64,000 nt of DNA from a bacterium. GTDB lineage: Bacteria > Electryoneota > Electryoneia > Electryoneales > Electryoneaceae. The notes below the pieces were generated by a model. The model was not told the DNA's origin and made no database searches. It saw only the letters and a list, made by a program, of their open reading frames with translations. Each line of letters begins with the position of its first letter. Positions within the stretch are counted from its first letter, which is position 1. The translations under genes were made by a program, and so were the position numbers. Positions 47,982 through 56,703 of the stretch are shown here, one piece after another. The stretch covers positions 1,216,001 to 1,280,000 of the forward strand of contig CAXXKJ010000002.1 in NCBI GenBank assembly GCA_963675295.2, written 5' to 3'.

Positions 47982-50900
47982 ATGATGAAGTGGCTGCGTG
48001 ACCTGAACAACACTCGCAAAACGATGTTGTTTATTGTGCCCCTGCTGGCGCTGTTGCTGGTGGTGAGTGGGTGCGATGATGATGACGATGATAACAACAA
48101 CGGCGTAGCGCCGGAGCCGGAAAGCGCTCAGCTGCGTGTGACGCATTTAAGCCCGGATGCTCCCCCGGTGGACATCTACGTTGACGGCGCGATGGTGCTG
48201 AGCAACGTCGACTACCTCGCGGTCAGTGAGTATCTCGAATTGGACGCCGGCATGCACAACGTGCAGGTGTACGCGACCGGCACAACAGACAACGCCGTGA
48301 TTGACGCCGACGTCAGCCTGATGGGTGAGATGGCGTACACCGTCGCCGCGGTTGGAAAGCTGGACAACATCCAGCCGGCGGTTTACGAAGACATGACCGA
48401 ACCCGGCGAAGATGTGATGCTGCGGTTCGTGCACGCCTCCCCGGACGCTCCGGCGGTGGACATCACTGATATGGACGGCAACGTGATCTTCGAGAACGTG
48501 TCGTTCACCGAAGCTGGCAACTACATCACTGTTCCGGAAGCCCAGTACAACCTGCAGGTGCGGGTCGCGGGCACGGAGACGATCGTGCTCACGCTCAGCA
48601 ACGTGATGCTGAACGCTGAGACGAACTACACGGTCTGGGCGGTTGGCCTGGCGGCTGAAGAAGGCGAAATGGGCCTGATGGCGGTCGCGACGGCGGAAAC
48701 CGGATCCGGTTCCACCTCGATGGTGCTGCCGACCGACACCGCGCTGCTGCGTGTCAGCCACCTGAGCCCGGACGCTCCCCCGGTGGACGTCTACGTTGAC
48801 AGCCGTAAGGTGCTGGAAAATGTGGCGTACCTCGGTGTCAGCAACTACCTGACGGTTGGTGCGGGTACGCGCAATGTGCAGGTGTACGCCACCGGTACGA
48901 TGGATAACGCAGTAATCGACGCCGATGTGACCGTGTCTATGGACATGGCGTACACGGTGGCTGCGGTTGGCGAACTGGCCAACATTCAGCCGGCGGTGTA
49001 CATGGATGATCGCACTCCGGCGGGCGACGTAAAGGTGCGCTTCATCCACACCTCCCCGAACGCTCCGGCGGTGGACATCACACTCGCCGACGGCACCCCG
49101 TTGTTTGAGAACGTCAGCTTCCCGGAAGCGGCAGAGTTCATCAACGTTACCGGCGGAACGTATGACCTGCAGGTTCGCGCCGCGGGCACGGACAACGTGG
49201 TCATTGGCTTCAACGGTGTCGGCCTCAGCGACGGTGACGTGGTCACCATCTGGGCGGTTGGCAAGCTGAACGGCGCTGAAGCGGAAATGCTGAAGGCCGT
49301 GGCGACGATTGACGCCCCGGGCAACGGCGCGGACGCGACCGTGATCACGCCGGACATGGCGAGTGTGCGTGTCGCGCACCTCAGCCCGGACGCTCCGGCG
49401 GTGGATGTTTACGTCGATGGCATGATGGTGCTGGAAGGTGTGGGTTACCTCGGCCTCAGCCCGTACCTGATGGTCAACAGCGGTTCGCGTCAGATTCAGG
49501 TCTTCGCGACCGGCACGGACAGCGATCCGGTGATAGATGCCGTGGTCAGCGTCGAAACCGACATGGCGTACACCGTTGCCGCGACCGGTTCGCTGGGCGA
49601 CAATGACCTCGCACCGATCGTGACCATGGACAGCCGTGAGACGGATAGTGGCGTTCAGGTTCGCTTCGCGCACACCTCCCCCGACGCGCCGGAAGTCGAC
49701 ATCACCCTGCCGGACGGCACGGTTCTGTTCGACAACGTCAATTTCCGTGAACTCAGCCCGGCGGACGGTTATGCCAGCCTCGGCGCCGGTACCTACGATC
49801 TGCAGGTTCGCACCAGCGACGGTGAGACCATTGTGCAGACCTTCGAAGATGTTGAACTGAGCAACGAAACCACGATCACCGTCTGGGCGGTGGACTTCCT
49901 CGCCGACGATGGCCTCGTGCGCGCCGTGGTGACGCGGGATGCCTTCGAGGATGGATCGACCGCTGCCGTGCTGACTGGTGTCGAATACGTTCCGCCGATG
50001 GCTGAGGTTCGTGTCAGCCACCTGAGCCCGGATGCACCGAATGTGGACGTCTATGTGGACGGCGCGATGGTGCTGGAGAATGTGGCTTACCTCGGCGTTA
50101 GCCCGTACCTCGAGGTTGAAGCGGGTGACCGCCAGGTGCAGGTGTTCGTGACCGGAACGAACAGCGATCCGGTGATTGACGCGACCCTGTCCTTCGAGAT
50201 GGACATGGCGTACACCGTCGCCGCGATCGGTTCGATTGACCTCGGCAACTTCGGCCCGGCGGTCAGCATGGACCAGCGCGACGGTGACAGCAACGTGCAG
50301 GCTCGTTTCGTGCACGCTTCCCCGGACGCCCCGGAAGTTGACATCACGTTGACTGACGGCACGGTCCTATTTGACAACGTTGACTTCGGTGAATTTTCGC
50401 CGGGTACGGATGCATACGCCGGTCTTGATGGCGGTACCTACGATCTGCAGGTTCGCACCAGTGATGGCATGACCATCGTGCAGCAGATTGACGGCGTCAG
50501 CCTCAGTGACGGCACGGTCTACACCCTGTGGGCGGTGGACTTCCTCAGCGATGATGGCTTGGTTCGCGTTGCCGCGACCGAGGACAACATCGCGGACGGA
50601 AGCAACGTTGGCCTGCTTGAAGGCTATGTCCCGATGGCCGAGCTGCGTGTTGGGCACCTGAGCCCGGACGCGCCGAACGTGGACGTCTATTTCGCTGGTG
50701 AGATGGTGCTTCAGAACGTGCCGTACCTGACCGTCAGCGACTATCTCGAAATCCCGGCTGGTACCAGCCAGGTCCAGGTCTTCGCCACTGGTGACATGGG
50801 CAGCCCGGTCATTGACGAGATGCTCACGTTCAATACCAGCATGGCGTACACCGTTGCCGCGATCGGTTCCATCGGCGAAGGCAACTTCCAGCCGGTGGTG

Positions 50901-51854
50901 ACGAACGATTCGCGCATGGGCAACGGCGAACCGTGGGTGCGTTTCGTGCACGCCTCGCCGGATGCTCCGGCGGTGGATGTCACCACGTTCACCGGTTCGT
51001 TCCTCGCGGACAATCTTGATTTCTCGGATGTGCAGGGCTACAGCGCGTTCAACGACATGGTCTATGACCTGTTCCTGCGTCCCGCCGGGACTGATGATGT
51101 CGCGGCCGGGTTCGCCGGGGTGCCGTTCGTCAGCAATACGAACATCACCATCTGGGTGGTTGGCTTCCTCGGTGGCGAGGGCAACGAGGCGCTGAAGGCA
51201 GTCATCACGGAAGAGACGATGGGCGGCATGTCGCCGATCGTGGCGGATGTGTCGGGCCTGACCGAGGTTCGTGTCGGTCACCTGAGCCCGGATGCTCCGG
51301 CGGTGAACGTCTACATCGACGGCATGATGGCGGTCGGGAATGCGTCCTACAAGGATGTCACTGGCTACCTCACGCTGACCGAAGGCGCGCACATGGTTGA
51401 GATCGAGCTGACCGACGGTACGCCGGTCTTGATGGAAACCGTGATGCCGGAAGCGGGCAACGCGTACACCGTCGCGGCGATTGGTTTCGCCGGTGGTGGC
51501 ATGAACCCGCTGATGCTGAACACGTGGATGGACGACCGGATGACAACCGGCGAGGCGAAGCTGCGGTTCGTGCACACCTCCCCGGACGCTCCGGCGGTGG
51601 ATGTGGGCGTGACCGATGGTCCGATCCTGTTCATGGATACGGCGTATCCGGAAGCGGCGGATGAGGGCTACATCGGAGTCGCCGGCGGCAGCTACAACCT
51701 GTCGGTGTACCTGTCCGGCACGGACACCGAGGTGTTGAGCCTGACCGATGTCGCCGTCATGGGTGGCACCAACTACAGCGTGTTCGCGATTGGCACCGCT
51801 GATGCGGAAGATGAGATTCCGCTGGAAGCGCTGATCGTGATCGATGCTGAGTAA
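47982..51854 (+). CDS. Lipoprotein with six tandem DUF4397 (AlgF-like) units
   Basis: Lipobox VVSG-C then poly-Asp; six HLSPDAP and six RF.H.SP(D/N)AP motifs. Confidence 0.9.
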   Translation: MMKWLRDLNNTRKTMLFIVPLLALLLVVSGCDDDDDDNNNGVAPEPESAQLRVTHLSPDAPPVDIYVDGAMVLSNVDYLAVSEYLELDAGMHNVQVYATGTTDNAVIDADVSLMGEMAYTVAAVGKLDNIQPAVYEDMTEPGEDVMLRFVHASPDAPAVDITDMDGNVIFENVSFTEAGNYITVPEAQYNLQVRVAGTETIVLTLSNVMLNAETNYTVWAVGLAAEEGEMGLMAVATAETGSGSTSMVLPTDTALLRVSHLSPDAPPVDVYVDSRKVLENVAYLGVSNYLTVGAGTRNVQVYATGTMDNAVIDADVTVSMDMAYTVAAVGELANIQPAVYMDDRTPAGDVKVRFIHTSPNAPAVDITLADGTPLFENVSFPEAAEFINVTGGTYDLQVRAAGTDNVVIGFNGVGLSDGDVVTIWAVGKLNGAEAEMLKAVATIDAPGNGADATVITPDMASVRVAHLSPDAPAVDVYVDGMMVLEGVGYLGLSPYLMVNSGSRQIQVFATGTDSDPVIDAVVSVETDMAYTVAATGSLGDNDLAPIVTMDSRETDSGVQVRFAHTSPDAPEVDITLPDGTVLFDNVNFRELSPADGYASLGAGTYDLQVRTSDGETIVQTFEDVELSNETTITVWAVDFLADDGLVRAVVTRDAFEDGSTAAVLTGVEYVPPMAEVRVSHLSPDAPNVDVYVDGAMVLENVAYLGVSPYLEVEAGDRQVQVFVTGTNSDPVIDATLSFEMDMAYTVAAIGSIDLGNFGPAVSMDQRDGDSNVQARFVHASPDAPEVDITLTDGTVLFDNVDFGEFSPGTDAYAGLDGGTYDLQVRTSDGMTIVQQIDGVSLSDGTVYTLWAVDFLSDDGLVRVAATEDNIADGSNVGLLEGYVPMAELRVGHLSPDAPNVDVYFAGEMVLQNVPYLTVSDYLEIPAGTSQVQVFATGDMGSPVIDEMLTFNTSMAYTVAAIGSIGEGNFQPVVTNDSRMGNGEPWVRFVHASPDAPAVDVTTFTGSFLADNLDFSDVQGYSAFNDMVYDLFLRPAGTDDVAAGFAGVPFVSNTNITIWVVGFLGGEGNEALKAVITEETMGGMSPIVADVSGLTEVRVGHLSPDAPAVNVYIDGMMAVGNASYKDVTGYLTLTEGAHMVEIELTDGTPVLMETVMPEAGNAYTVAAIGFAGGGMNPLMLNTWMDDRMTTGEAKLRFVHTSPDAPAVDVGVTDGPILFMDTAYPEAADEGYIGVAGGSYNLSVYLSGTDTEVLSLTDVAVMGGTNYSVFAIGTADAEDEIPLEALIVIDAE

Positions 51855-51861
51855 CACAGAT

Positions 51862-51892
51862 GCGGGGACACATTCTCCGAATGTGTCCCCGC
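51862..51892. repeat. GGGGACAC palindrome or terminator
   Basis: GCGGGGACACATTC-TCC-GAATGTGTCCCCGC; same family as 46474-46503. Confidence 0.6.
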
Positions 51893-52121
51893 GAATTCAA
51901 TCGAATAACTATCCCGGCTGCCAGTCAGCGGGCCGGATTGATGTAGACGTCAGCAAGCCGTGAACTCATGGGAGTGTGCTCCGGCTTGGTTGTCACCAGG
52001 GCTGAAAACTCTTCTCAGCAGATGTAGATCAGCCTCTCCGCAGACGGGTGGCCCAGCAGCGCCCGTCTCTTCCCACGACCACCGGCAGGTTCGCGAGAAC
52101 CTCGCCGGTGTGTCATTTTCG

Positions 52122-52391
52122 TGACCTGAGACGTGTGACCTGAGACCTGAGACCTGAGTCTTGAGACTTGAGTTCTGAGTTATGAAATGGTGATACCGAA
52201 GTGGTGTCATTCTGAACGGAACGAAGAGAAGTGAAGAATCTACCTGAAGATACGGGAGAGGTACACCGTCGATCCGTAGCCGGCGCATCCAGCAGATCCT
52301 TCATCCGATACACCCGGATTCAGGATGACACACCGACTATCGACTACCGACCACCGATTACCGACTACCGATTACCGGCCACCGGCCACCG
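52122..52391. repeat. Heptamer arrays flanking a TGTCATTCTGA...TCAGGATGACA inverted-repeat element
   Basis: (TGAGACC)n 52122-52185; IR element 52205-52330; (ACCGACT/ACCGATT)n 52332-52391. Confidence 0.75.
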
Positions 52392-52393
52392 CC

Positions 52394-52852
52394 TCACTTT
52401 CCCGTGCTGCCGAATCCGCCTGATCCGCGCTTGGTTTCCGGCAACTCGTCCCGCAGCACCCAGTCCGCGCGCACGACCGGCTTGATCACCAGCTGCGCGA
52501 TCCGATCCATGCGTTTGATGACAAACGGTTCGTTGCCCACATTCAGCATCAGCACCTTGACCTCGCCACGGTAGTCGCTGTCGATGGTGCCGGGCGCGTT
52601 GGGGATGATGATGTTGTGTTTCAGTGCGAGACCGGACCGTGACCGCACCTGGGCCTCGTACCCTTCCGGCACGGCAATCGCGAAGCCGGTCGGTACGGCT
52701 TGAGCGACGCCGGGATTGAGCATCAGGTCTTGCTCCACCGCCGCGAACACATCCATACCGGCCGAACCGGAACTCATGTACATCGGCAGCGGGATGTCAC
52801 TGGTTTTCGTCTCGTCCAGGCGGGTAATCGCTATCGTCAAGTCACGCTTCAT
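52394..52852 (-). CDS. dut: dUTP diphosphatase
   Basis: GSAGMD, RSGLA, PGTIDSDYRGE, RIAQL, RGSGGFGSTG. Confidence 0.97.
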   Translation of the reverse strand: MKRDLTIAITRLDETKTSDIPLPMYMSSGSAGMDVFAAVEQDLMLNPGVAQAVPTGFAIAVPEGYEAQVRSRSGLALKHNIIIPNAPGTIDSDYRGEVKVLMLNVGNEPFVIKRMDRIAQLVIKPVVRADWVLRDELPETKRGSGGFGSTGK

Positions 52853-52934
52853 CGCAAGAATCTCCGGTTGTCAGGGCGAGCAATATACGGGTGGGGGGCG
52901 GTGCGGAGAAAGGCCGGGCTGACATGTACCGGCA

Positions 52935-53147
52935 TCACTCATCCTCCTCCTGGTAGTCCAGCAGGTCGCCCGGCTTGCACTCCAGCTCGCGGCATAACGC
53001 GGCCAGGGTGCTGAAACGGATCGCCTTCGCCTTGTTCGTCTTCAGGATCGAAAGGTTGGCGAGAGTGATCCCGACACGGTCGGCGAGCTCGGTAAGCGTC
53101 ATGCCACGTTCGAGCAGCAAACGGTCAAGGTTGACGTAAATCGACAT
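52935..53147 (-). CDS. XRE/Cro HTH transcriptional regulator (YozG-like)
   Basis: MTLTELADRVGITLANLSILKTNKAKAIRFSTL...C.PGDLL. Confidence 0.95.
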   Translation of the reverse strand: MSIYVNLDRLLLERGMTLTELADRVGITLANLSILKTNKAKAIRFSTLAALCRELECKPGDLLDYQEEDE

Positions 53148-53160
53148 GCAGAATCCCTCG

Positions 53161-53820
53161 CTAGACCGTCAGGTCGCTTTCTCGTTGCAAACGTGCGCCG
53201 CGCCGGAAGATTTCGCCGAGCATGAAGAACACCAGCGCATACAGAAACGGCCACAGGGTGAGATAGCCGAACGACGCCTCGATGTCGAAACCGTTTCCGT
53301 TCAAGCCAACAATCTCCGCGACACGAAATTGTGTCCACACATGCGCGCCGAAATCGATCACCACCCGCAGCAGGATGAACCATCCGATCAGGTCGAGCCG
53401 TTTCGCGTTCGCCGGGTCGAACGGGTGATCGCGAACATATGATCTCGCCAGCCGGTGCACCATCAGCAGGATCAACCCCATCAACAGCATCAGCGCAGTG
53501 TACCGCAGCGTGCTCAGGTAGACGATACCACGCGGCGGATCGTACAGGATCAGACGGCCCTTGTCACCATACAGATTCCCGAACGCTGGCGGATCGTTAT
53601 CCCAGTCAACCGTTGACGGTTGCGGTTCGCCGTGAAGCAGATAGCCGCTCACATAATACTGCACGGTAACCGGAAAGCTGCGTTTGAAGTAGTCCGGGTT
53701 GAACACGTACACCACCGAACCATAGAGGAAGCCAACCGCTCCAAGGCCGAACAGAATCCACATCAGCCGCATCAACCACGGCAGAACTTTCGCCAGCGGA
53801 CGTTGAGGAAGTGAGATCAT
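53161..53820 (-). CDS. DUF2975 membrane protein
   Basis: PFDPANAKRL..IGW, EIFRRGARLQRESDLTV; canonical partner of the YozG-like HTH gene. Confidence 0.9.
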   Translation of the reverse strand: MISLPQRPLAKVLPWLMRLMWILFGLGAVGFLYGSVVYVFNPDYFKRSFPVTVQYYVSGYLLHGEPQPSTVDWDNDPPAFGNLYGDKGRLILYDPPRGIVYLSTLRYTALMLLMGLILLMVHRLARSYVRDHPFDPANAKRLDLIGWFILLRVVIDFGAHVWTQFRVAEIVGLNGNGFDIEASFGYLTLWPFLYALVFFMLGEIFRRGARLQRESDLTV

Positions 53821-53859
53821 TTTGCGTTCCCCCTCAGTATATCGCATTCCCTCGGCATC

Positions 53860-53916
53860 CATCGATTATCGATAAATCTATATTGAATATCAATAAAATC
53901 TTATCGAAAAACAATA
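53860..53916 (-). promoter_or_regulatory. Three phased palindromic operators overlapping a sigma70 promoter
   Basis: TATYG-N5-CRATA-like sites at 53860, 53881 and 53902 (21-bp period); minus strand TTGATA-17-GATAAT. Confidence 0.7.
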
Positions 53917-54007
53917 TGCCTCTCGAGCTGGAATATCGACTCATCGGAGTTCGAACGAAGTCACTCAGTAACTGCCGTTTGGGTGTCGGAAGCTTGGTAC
54001 GAAAGGT

Positions 54008-54754
54008 TTAGAACCGGTAGCCAAGCCCGGCGAAGATGAAGGCGTACAGCTCACTTCCGTTGTTGTGAAATTCTAAGGGTTGTTGTACCGTGGGAAGGTC
54101 GGTGGGCACGACGCTGCGATCTTCTTTGGGCTCGTTCACCACTCCTTGAACGGACAGCAGCAGATGCTCCGTCAGCGCGATATCGACAAAAGCCCGGCCC
54201 TGGAAACAGATCGTGTCCATGGCCCGGCCAAATGCCAGTTCCACGCGCGCATCACTGCGTTCGGCGAGTGCAAACACCAGGTGAACGCCGAACATGGCGT
54301 GGATGAAATCCTTGTCATCGCTCCGTGTTTCCTGCGTGTACTCGACAGGATCGCCTGTCTCGAGCCAGGCCTCGTACTCACGTGCCACACGACTCACACC
54401 CAGATCCGCCTGAACGCCGAATCCGAGGGCATGGTTCGCCGACGACATGTCGTTCGAGATGGAAAACGTGCTGACCAACGATTCAAGTCCATACCCATTC
54501 AATGCTGGAGAGTACTTGTCAGCATGGATGGCTAGCACGCGAAAATCGAACAGGTTGAATGTTCCAGGCACAGTGGTCAACAGGAACTGCAGATCGCCGG
54601 TCAGAGAGAACGCAGGACCTCGCGCGTCCGGATCAAGCGCACGTCCGGCACAGGCGGAGAGCTGGGTTCGGTGATACGAAAAGGCGTGGCTGGTTGCTGG
54701 AATGAGTAAAAGGATAGAGAGCAAGGCTGGAACGACGATAAATGTAGCACGCAT
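54008..54754 (-). CDS. Outer-membrane beta-barrel-like protein, paralog 1
   Basis: Signal peptide; amphipathic strands; C-terminal FAGLGYRF beta-signal. Confidence 0.7.
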   Translation of the reverse strand: MRATFIVVPALLSILLLIPATSHAFSYHRTQLSACAGRALDPDARGPAFSLTGDLQFLLTTVPGTFNLFDFRVLAIHADKYSPALNGYGLESLVSTFSISNDMSSANHALGFGVQADLGVSRVAREYEAWLETGDPVEYTQETRSDDKDFIHAMFGVHLVFALAERSDARVELAFGRAMDTICFQGRAFVDIALTEHLLLSVQGVVNEPKEDRSVVPTDLPTVQQPLEFHNNGSELYAFIFAGLGYRF

Positions 54755-54793
54755 GATTCCCCCGTATCAAAGCAGTGCAGGTGCGGGGATGAT

Positions 54794-55513
54794 TCAGAAC
54801 TGGTAGCCGACCCCCGCAAAGACAAACAGATACTGGCGGCTGTTTTCAAACATAATGTTGTTGACCGGCTCGACGCCACCGGAAAGACCATTTTCGAACA
54901 CGTGATTCGCGACGCCGTTGACATTCAACGAGATACCATCGCGCAGCGGAACATCCAGCATCAACCGCTGCTGCACACCGAACTCACCCATCACGATGCC
55001 AACCATCGTTTTCGAACGCAGCGAAAACAAACCGCTGGCATCCCAGTCCATCGCCATTCCGGTGAGTACGACGGGGAAGGTGGTCTGATCCTGCACGGTC
55101 TCCACGGCATTCTCGACGCTCGCACTCGGGGCGGCGCGTTCCACGTACGTCAATCCGACCTCGACCGCCGGCATGAAATGCAGGTTGCTGTGCCGCGGGT
55201 CGGTCATCAGGTGCCAGGTGAAATCGCCGGTGACGGAACTGAGGCTGTAGTTGCCATACGTTTGCGAGCTGTAGTAACGGTCGGCGTGGATCAGGTGCAG
55301 CTGGGCGCTGACGAACTCGGCTTCGGGCACATACTTGCCGACACGCAGGCGCGCGGACGCATCCATGGCGTACACACCATCTTCGACACCCGCCATGTAG
55401 GATTGTCCCACCATCGGGGTAACGTGGACGTTGTCCATTTCGATCGCCGCGGCGGGGCTCAGGAACGCAGCTGCCAGCAGCAGGGCGCAGGTAAGACCGA
55501 TTCGAGTAGCCAT
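54794..55513 (-). CDS. Outer-membrane beta-barrel-like protein, paralog 2
   Basis: Signal peptide; C-terminal FAGVGYQF. Confidence 0.7.
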   Translation of the reverse strand: MATRIGLTCALLLAAAFLSPAAAIEMDNVHVTPMVGQSYMAGVEDGVYAMDASARLRVGKYVPEAEFVSAQLHLIHADRYYSSQTYGNYSLSSVTGDFTWHLMTDPRHSNLHFMPAVEVGLTYVERAAPSASVENAVETVQDQTTFPVVLTGMAMDWDASGLFSLRSKTMVGIVMGEFGVQQRLMLDVPLRDGISLNVNGVANHVFENGLSGGVEPVNNIMFENSRQYLFVFAGVGYQF

Positions 55514-55837
55514 GTTCGTCACCATCATTAGTCCGTGAAACCAAGATAACACCAAAGACAACTTCCGTCTCGACTTTTTTCCCGCCCCACTCAATTTTTC
55601 GAATTCGCCGTTTCCCGTCCGCTTGTTCAAACATACGAAATACTTTTACAAAAAAGACGAAATACCGAGAACTGATTATAAATAAGTTGATTTTATGCTC
55701 AACCTCCCGGAGGCTGACAGGAGAGCCAGGGAGAAATCAAACAGCGGGCCGGGCGAGGGTGTTGTGGAAACATGTGGTGGAGCTGCCAGAAAGCGGGTGC
55801 GATTGGCAGGGTCAAACGGCCCGGTTACCCGAGATGA

Positions 55838-56578
55838 TCAGAAGACGAGCTGCAACCCGGCGAAGAGAAAGCCCCAGCCTTCCCAGCCACCGGTGGAAAA
55901 GACCGAGGTACCGAGGTACTTGCTGTCATAATTCGGGTAATTTCCTTCCTTGATGTTGCAGAACTGGCCGCTGACAATGGCTGACCACCATTCGTTGAGT
56001 TGCACATCAACCGCAGCTTCAGCCAGCAGAGCTGTATTTTTGATCACGCCGCCGTAGGCTTCGATACGGATACTTGTTCGCGGGAACAAAGGGCCTTGCA
56101 ACCGCAACCCACCCATCAACGCGCCGGTAAAATCCTCGGCATCGGGGTAGTATGAGATCGTTTCATCCGGAAGACGTCGATAATTGGGGATTCCGGTGTA
56201 TTCTCGCGTGAGTTTGTACGCGCCGAATAGAACGGAAGGTAAAACACCGAATTCACCACGCCGCAAATTGCCGCTAATGTCAATGCTTGCCCCGGCGAGA
56301 ACGCCGGTCATGCCGTATTGGTAGTCCGTGATACTCTGGTAGGCGTTCGCGGTCAGGAAGCGGACGTGGAACAGTTGGAATGCGCGGTCATGCCGCAGGT
56401 TGTGCGTATCATTCAGCCCGAATTGGAATTGCCCGATAATCCCGTACTCCGCGCCGGAGTCCAGCATCGCCGGTCCGGCCTGCACGTCGAGCCGTGCATG
56501 GCTGAACTCAAGCTTTGCCCAGGCCTGTGAGACCGACAAGCAGATAAGTGTGAGGATGACCCAGAACCGAGCGTGCAT
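55838..56578 (-). CDS. Outer-membrane beta-barrel-like protein, paralog 3
   Basis: Signal peptide; C-terminal FAGLQLVF. Confidence 0.7.
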   Translation of the reverse strand: MHARFWVILTLICLSVSQAWAKLEFSHARLDVQAGPAMLDSGAEYGIIGQFQFGLNDTHNLRHDRAFQLFHVRFLTANAYQSITDYQYGMTGVLAGASIDISGNLRRGEFGVLPSVLFGAYKLTREYTGIPNYRRLPDETISYYPDAEDFTGALMGGLRLQGPLFPRTSIRIEAYGGVIKNTALLAEAAVDVQLNEWWSAIVSGQFCNIKEGNYPNYDSKYLGTSVFSTGGWEGWGFLFAGLQLVF

Positions 56579-56703
56579 AAGGCTTCCCGTCAGTTGGTCC
56601 CTGTAATCTATATGCACAAAAAGGGGACGGCAAATCGGGACACCGTTTCCGGTCATCCCGTGCCATCCCCTCTCGTAGCTCAGTAGTTGCGGTCCCGCTA
56701 CGT

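Noticed and set aside
48147-51857. Long antisense ORFs (722 aa and 496 aa) and similar shadow ORFs throughout
   Set aside because: They overlap well-supported genes on the opposite strand, as expected from high-GC codon bias, and have no motifs.
11785-52852. Phage-like nucleotide metabolism module (dcd, nrdJ, dut)
   Set aside because: The genes are dispersed among housekeeping genes with host-like composition, and no phage hallmark genes are present.
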